16,610 bases of DNA from Armatimonadota bacterium (GTDB taxonomy: Bacteria; Armatimonadota; UBA10988): assembly GCA_016235455.1 (NCBI GenBank), contig JACRKZ010000036.1, positions 1-16,610 on the forward strand. Reading direction: 5' to 3'. Made by a program: the position numbers and the translations under genes. How positions within the stretch are numbered: position 1 is the stretch's first letter; each line of letters starts with the position of its first letter. Of the stretch, positions 14,287 through 16,610 are shown piece after piece. The notes below the pieces were generated by a model. That model did no database searches and was not told where the DNA came from. It saw only the letters and a program-made list of their open reading frames with translations.

Positions 14287-15585
14287 GTGCCCCAGCCCAA
14301 CGTTGTCCTGTTCATTCCGCACGATACCGGCCGATTCGTCTCGCCCTACGGCTACGACACCGTGCACACGCCCCACTGCGAGCGCCTGGCCGCCGAGGGC
14401 GTCACTCTGGCCAACCACTTCTGCACCACGCCGCTCTGCTCACCCAGCCGCGCCGCCATCACCACCGGCCGTTACCCGCATCAGAACGGTGTCATGGGCC
14501 TGACCAGCGACCATGCCGGCGCGTTCGACCTCTACCCGAGCGAGCGCCACCTGTCGCAGATCCTGGCTGACGCAGGTTACGAGGGTGTGCTCTGCGGCTT
14601 CGAGCATGAGTGCCGCGACTGCACACGGCTCGGCTTCGAGCACACGCTGGCGGGCTCGGGCACGTGGTTCAACGGCGGTGGCGACCTGCGCGAACAGCCC
14701 GCGGCCATCGACTCCTGGCTGGACCAGCGCGATGCCACGCGCCCGTTCTACCTGCAGATGGGCTGCCATGAGACGCACCAGGAGTGGGATGCCTTCGAGG
14801 TGGAACCGGACACCTCGCGTGGGGTGTGGATGCCACCCTACCTGCGCGATCTACCCGAGATCCGCGCCGAGATGGCGGCCTTGCAGGGCTCGGTGCGACG
14901 GCTCGACGAGGGGCTCGGCGGGCTGCTCGACGTGCTGGAGCGGCGCGGCCTGGCCGACAACACCATCGTCGTGTTCACCACCGACCACGGCATCGACCTG
15001 CCACGCGCCAAGGGCACGTTCTACGATGCCGGCATCGGCACGTTCGGCTTTGTGCGCTGGCCCGCGGGGGGTCTGGCGGCCGGCAGCCGCGTGGCGTCGC
15101 TGACCAGCGGCGTCGATGTGCTGCCCACGCTGCTGGAGGCGGTCGGTGTGGCCACGCCGGACAACCTTGCCGGGCGCAGCTTCCTACCGGCCCTGCGTAG
15201 CCAACCGTATGAGCCGCGCGCCGAGGTCTTCGCCGAGAAGACCTACCACGACACCTACGACCCGACGCGCGTCATCCGCACGGAGCGCTGGGCCTATCAC
15301 CGGCATTTCGAGGTGAACATCTTCTGCGACCTGCGCCTGGCCACCATGACGCGGCGGCACTACTGGGACGACAACTGGTTCCGTGGGCGGCATGAGGAAC
15401 TGTACGAACTGCAGAGCGACCCGCACAGCATGACCAACCTGGCCGACAGCGCGGAGCATGCGGCGGTCAAGGCCGAGCTACGCGGCCGTCTGCTGGCGTG
15501 GATGCGAGACACGAACGACCCGCTGCTGGAGGGACCGGTGAGCAGCCCGCTGTATCAGCAGAGAATGGCCGAGTTCCAGTCGTAG
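14287..15585 (+). CDS. Formylglycine-dependent sulfatase (sulfamidase/SGSH-like), 432 aa, no signal peptide
   Basis: PNVVLFIPHD, CSPSRAAITTGRYPHQNG, RPFYL, NTIVVFTTDHG..PRAKGTFYDAG, ELYELQSDP, WMRDTNDP. GGAG precedes GTG 14287. Confidence 0.92.
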   Translation: MPQPNVVLFIPHDTGRFVSPYGYDTVHTPHCERLAAEGVTLANHFCTTPLCSPSRAAITTGRYPHQNGVMGLTSDHAGAFDLYPSERHLSQILADAGYEGVLCGFEHECRDCTRLGFEHTLAGSGTWFNGGGDLREQPAAIDSWLDQRDATRPFYLQMGCHETHQEWDAFEVEPDTSRGVWMPPYLRDLPEIRAEMAALQGSVRRLDEGLGGLLDVLERRGLADNTIVVFTTDHGIDLPRAKGTFYDAGIGTFGFVRWPAGGLAAGSRVASLTSGVDVLPTLLEAVGVATPDNLAGRSFLPALRSQPYEPRAEVFAEKTYHDTYDPTRVIRTERWAYHRHFEVNIFCDLRLATMTRRHYWDDNWFRGRHEELYELQSDPHSMTNLADSAEHAAVKAELRGRLLAWMRDTNDPLLEGPVSSPLYQQRMAEFQS

Positions 15586-15610
15586 GGGCGCTCCGCGTCG
15601 GTCGGTTACG

Positions 15611-16609
15611 CTACTCGAAGCCCGGCTCGCGGGTCTCGGAGGCGAAGTTGATGGCGTGCGAGGAGACGCCCGCCTCAACCGAGTTCAGCGTGCTCGGATC
15701 GGGCATGGAGCCCTGCTGGATCGACGTACCACTCTCGGTCGCGCTGGCCAGCACCACCGGGGTCGCCAGCACGCTGTGCGGCGTCACGGGCGGCGGCGGC
15801 GGCGGCTGCACCTTGTCAGGCCGATGCCCCTGGCTGGGAGCCTCAATCTTCGGATGCCGTTCGACACTCGTCTTGGCCGCCCGCCGGCTGCGGCTGGGCT
15901 CGGATGGCTGCGCCACAGGCACAGGCTCAGCCGCGACAGGCGCAGCCACTGCCGGCGTCGGCTTGGGCGCCTCAACCACCGGTGCGGTCGGCGAAGCCGT
16001 GCTGGCCAGACTGGTGGCCACCGTCGGCACGACCGGCGTGACCGGCGTACCAGGCCGCTCGCCGACACGCGCCACAATGAAACCGAACAGCATGACGGCA
16101 ACGGCGCCGGCCATGGCGAAGCGCTGGCGCAGCAGCGGCAGGCGCGAGGGTATCGGCACGATGTGCCGCGTGGCCTCAAAGTCGACGGCGCGGTTGATGC
16201 CTGCGCGAACGTGCGCCGGCACGGGTGCCGGGGCCTCGGCCCGCCAAGTCTCCAGCCCAGCGCTGAGCAGCGAGAACTCGCCGGCCAACTCATGATCGGC
16301 AGCGATCTCGGCGCGCAGCGCGGCTGCCTCGCGAGGCCGCAGCGAGCCGTCGAGCAGCTCACCGTAGCGAGCGCGCAGCGGCTTGGCTTCCAGCATCAGG
16401 CCGAGCTCGAGGTCTTCGCGCAGCTCGGCGGGCACGGCTCGCGGCGCGAAGCGATGCAACGACCCGACCGCCAGCTCCAGCCGACGCAGCTCACCCGCCA
16501 GTACCGGGTCAGCCTCGATACGAGCGCGCACCGACTCCTGCGTCGACGAGTCCAGCTCGCCTTCGAGGAGCGGGGTCATCATCGCCCGCAGTTGTCGTCG
16601 TTCCAGCCA
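15611..16609 (-). CDS. Membrane-anchored anti-sigma factor-like protein, probably 5' partial
   Basis: The frame is open to the window edge (WLERRQLRAMMTPLLEGEL...). Two anti-sigma-like repeats, one TM (FAMAGAVAVMLFGFIVA) and a Pro/Thr/Ala-rich tail. Confidence 0.7.
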   Translation of the reverse strand, partial: WLERRQLRAMMTPLLEGELDSSTQESVRARIEADPVLAGELRRLELAVGSLHRFAPRAVPAELREDLELGLMLEAKPLRARYGELLDGSLRPREAAALRAEIAADHELAGEFSLLSAGLETWRAEAPAPVPAHVRAGINRAVDFEATRHIVPIPSRLPLLRQRFAMAGAVAVMLFGFIVARVGERPGTPVTPVVPTVATSLASTASPTAPVVEAPKPTPAVAAPVAAEPVPVAQPSEPSRSRRAAKTSVERHPKIEAPSQGHRPDKVQPPPPPPVTPHSVLATPVVLASATESGTSIQQGSMPDPSTLNSVEAGVSSHAINFASETREPGFE

Positions 16610-16610
16610 G

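Noticed and set aside
15788-15805. (CGG)n tract
   Set aside because: Encodes the six-proline run of the anti-sigma tail; an in-frame triplet repeat, not a phase-variation tract.
1-16610. CRISPR array, tRNA/rRNA, prophage or integrase
   Set aside because: No regularly spaced direct repeats, cloverleaf motifs or phage/integrase genes were seen; intergenic gaps are short and explained by promoters and terminators.

Overview
High-GC bacterial chromosomal window, mostly housekeeping and envelope genes. It opens with the 3' end and right terminus of a Mutator-like IS (ISKra4/ISLre2-type), which ends 16 bp upstream of a sigma70 promoter for prmC-tsaC-TPR. Next come a small hypothetical gene and HU (minus strand, structured 3' region), mscS-like/GT2/nikR and leuB. 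After leuB is a two-gene islet that the ORF track truncates: a HEPN (UPF0332-like) gene with an in-frame TAA at codon 13, coupled to an 85-aa partner I cannot assign to a family. Then follow a YjfB-like gene with a sigma28-type promoter, a large secreted zinc metalloprotease, a divergent hpnJ-EamA-hpnI-sulfatase operon without hpnK, and a 5'-truncated anti-sigma factor with two tandem, apparently Zn-less anti-sigma domains. The HEPN/partner module is the best candidate for an undescribed system. All family calls come from motif recognition by eye; no searches were run.
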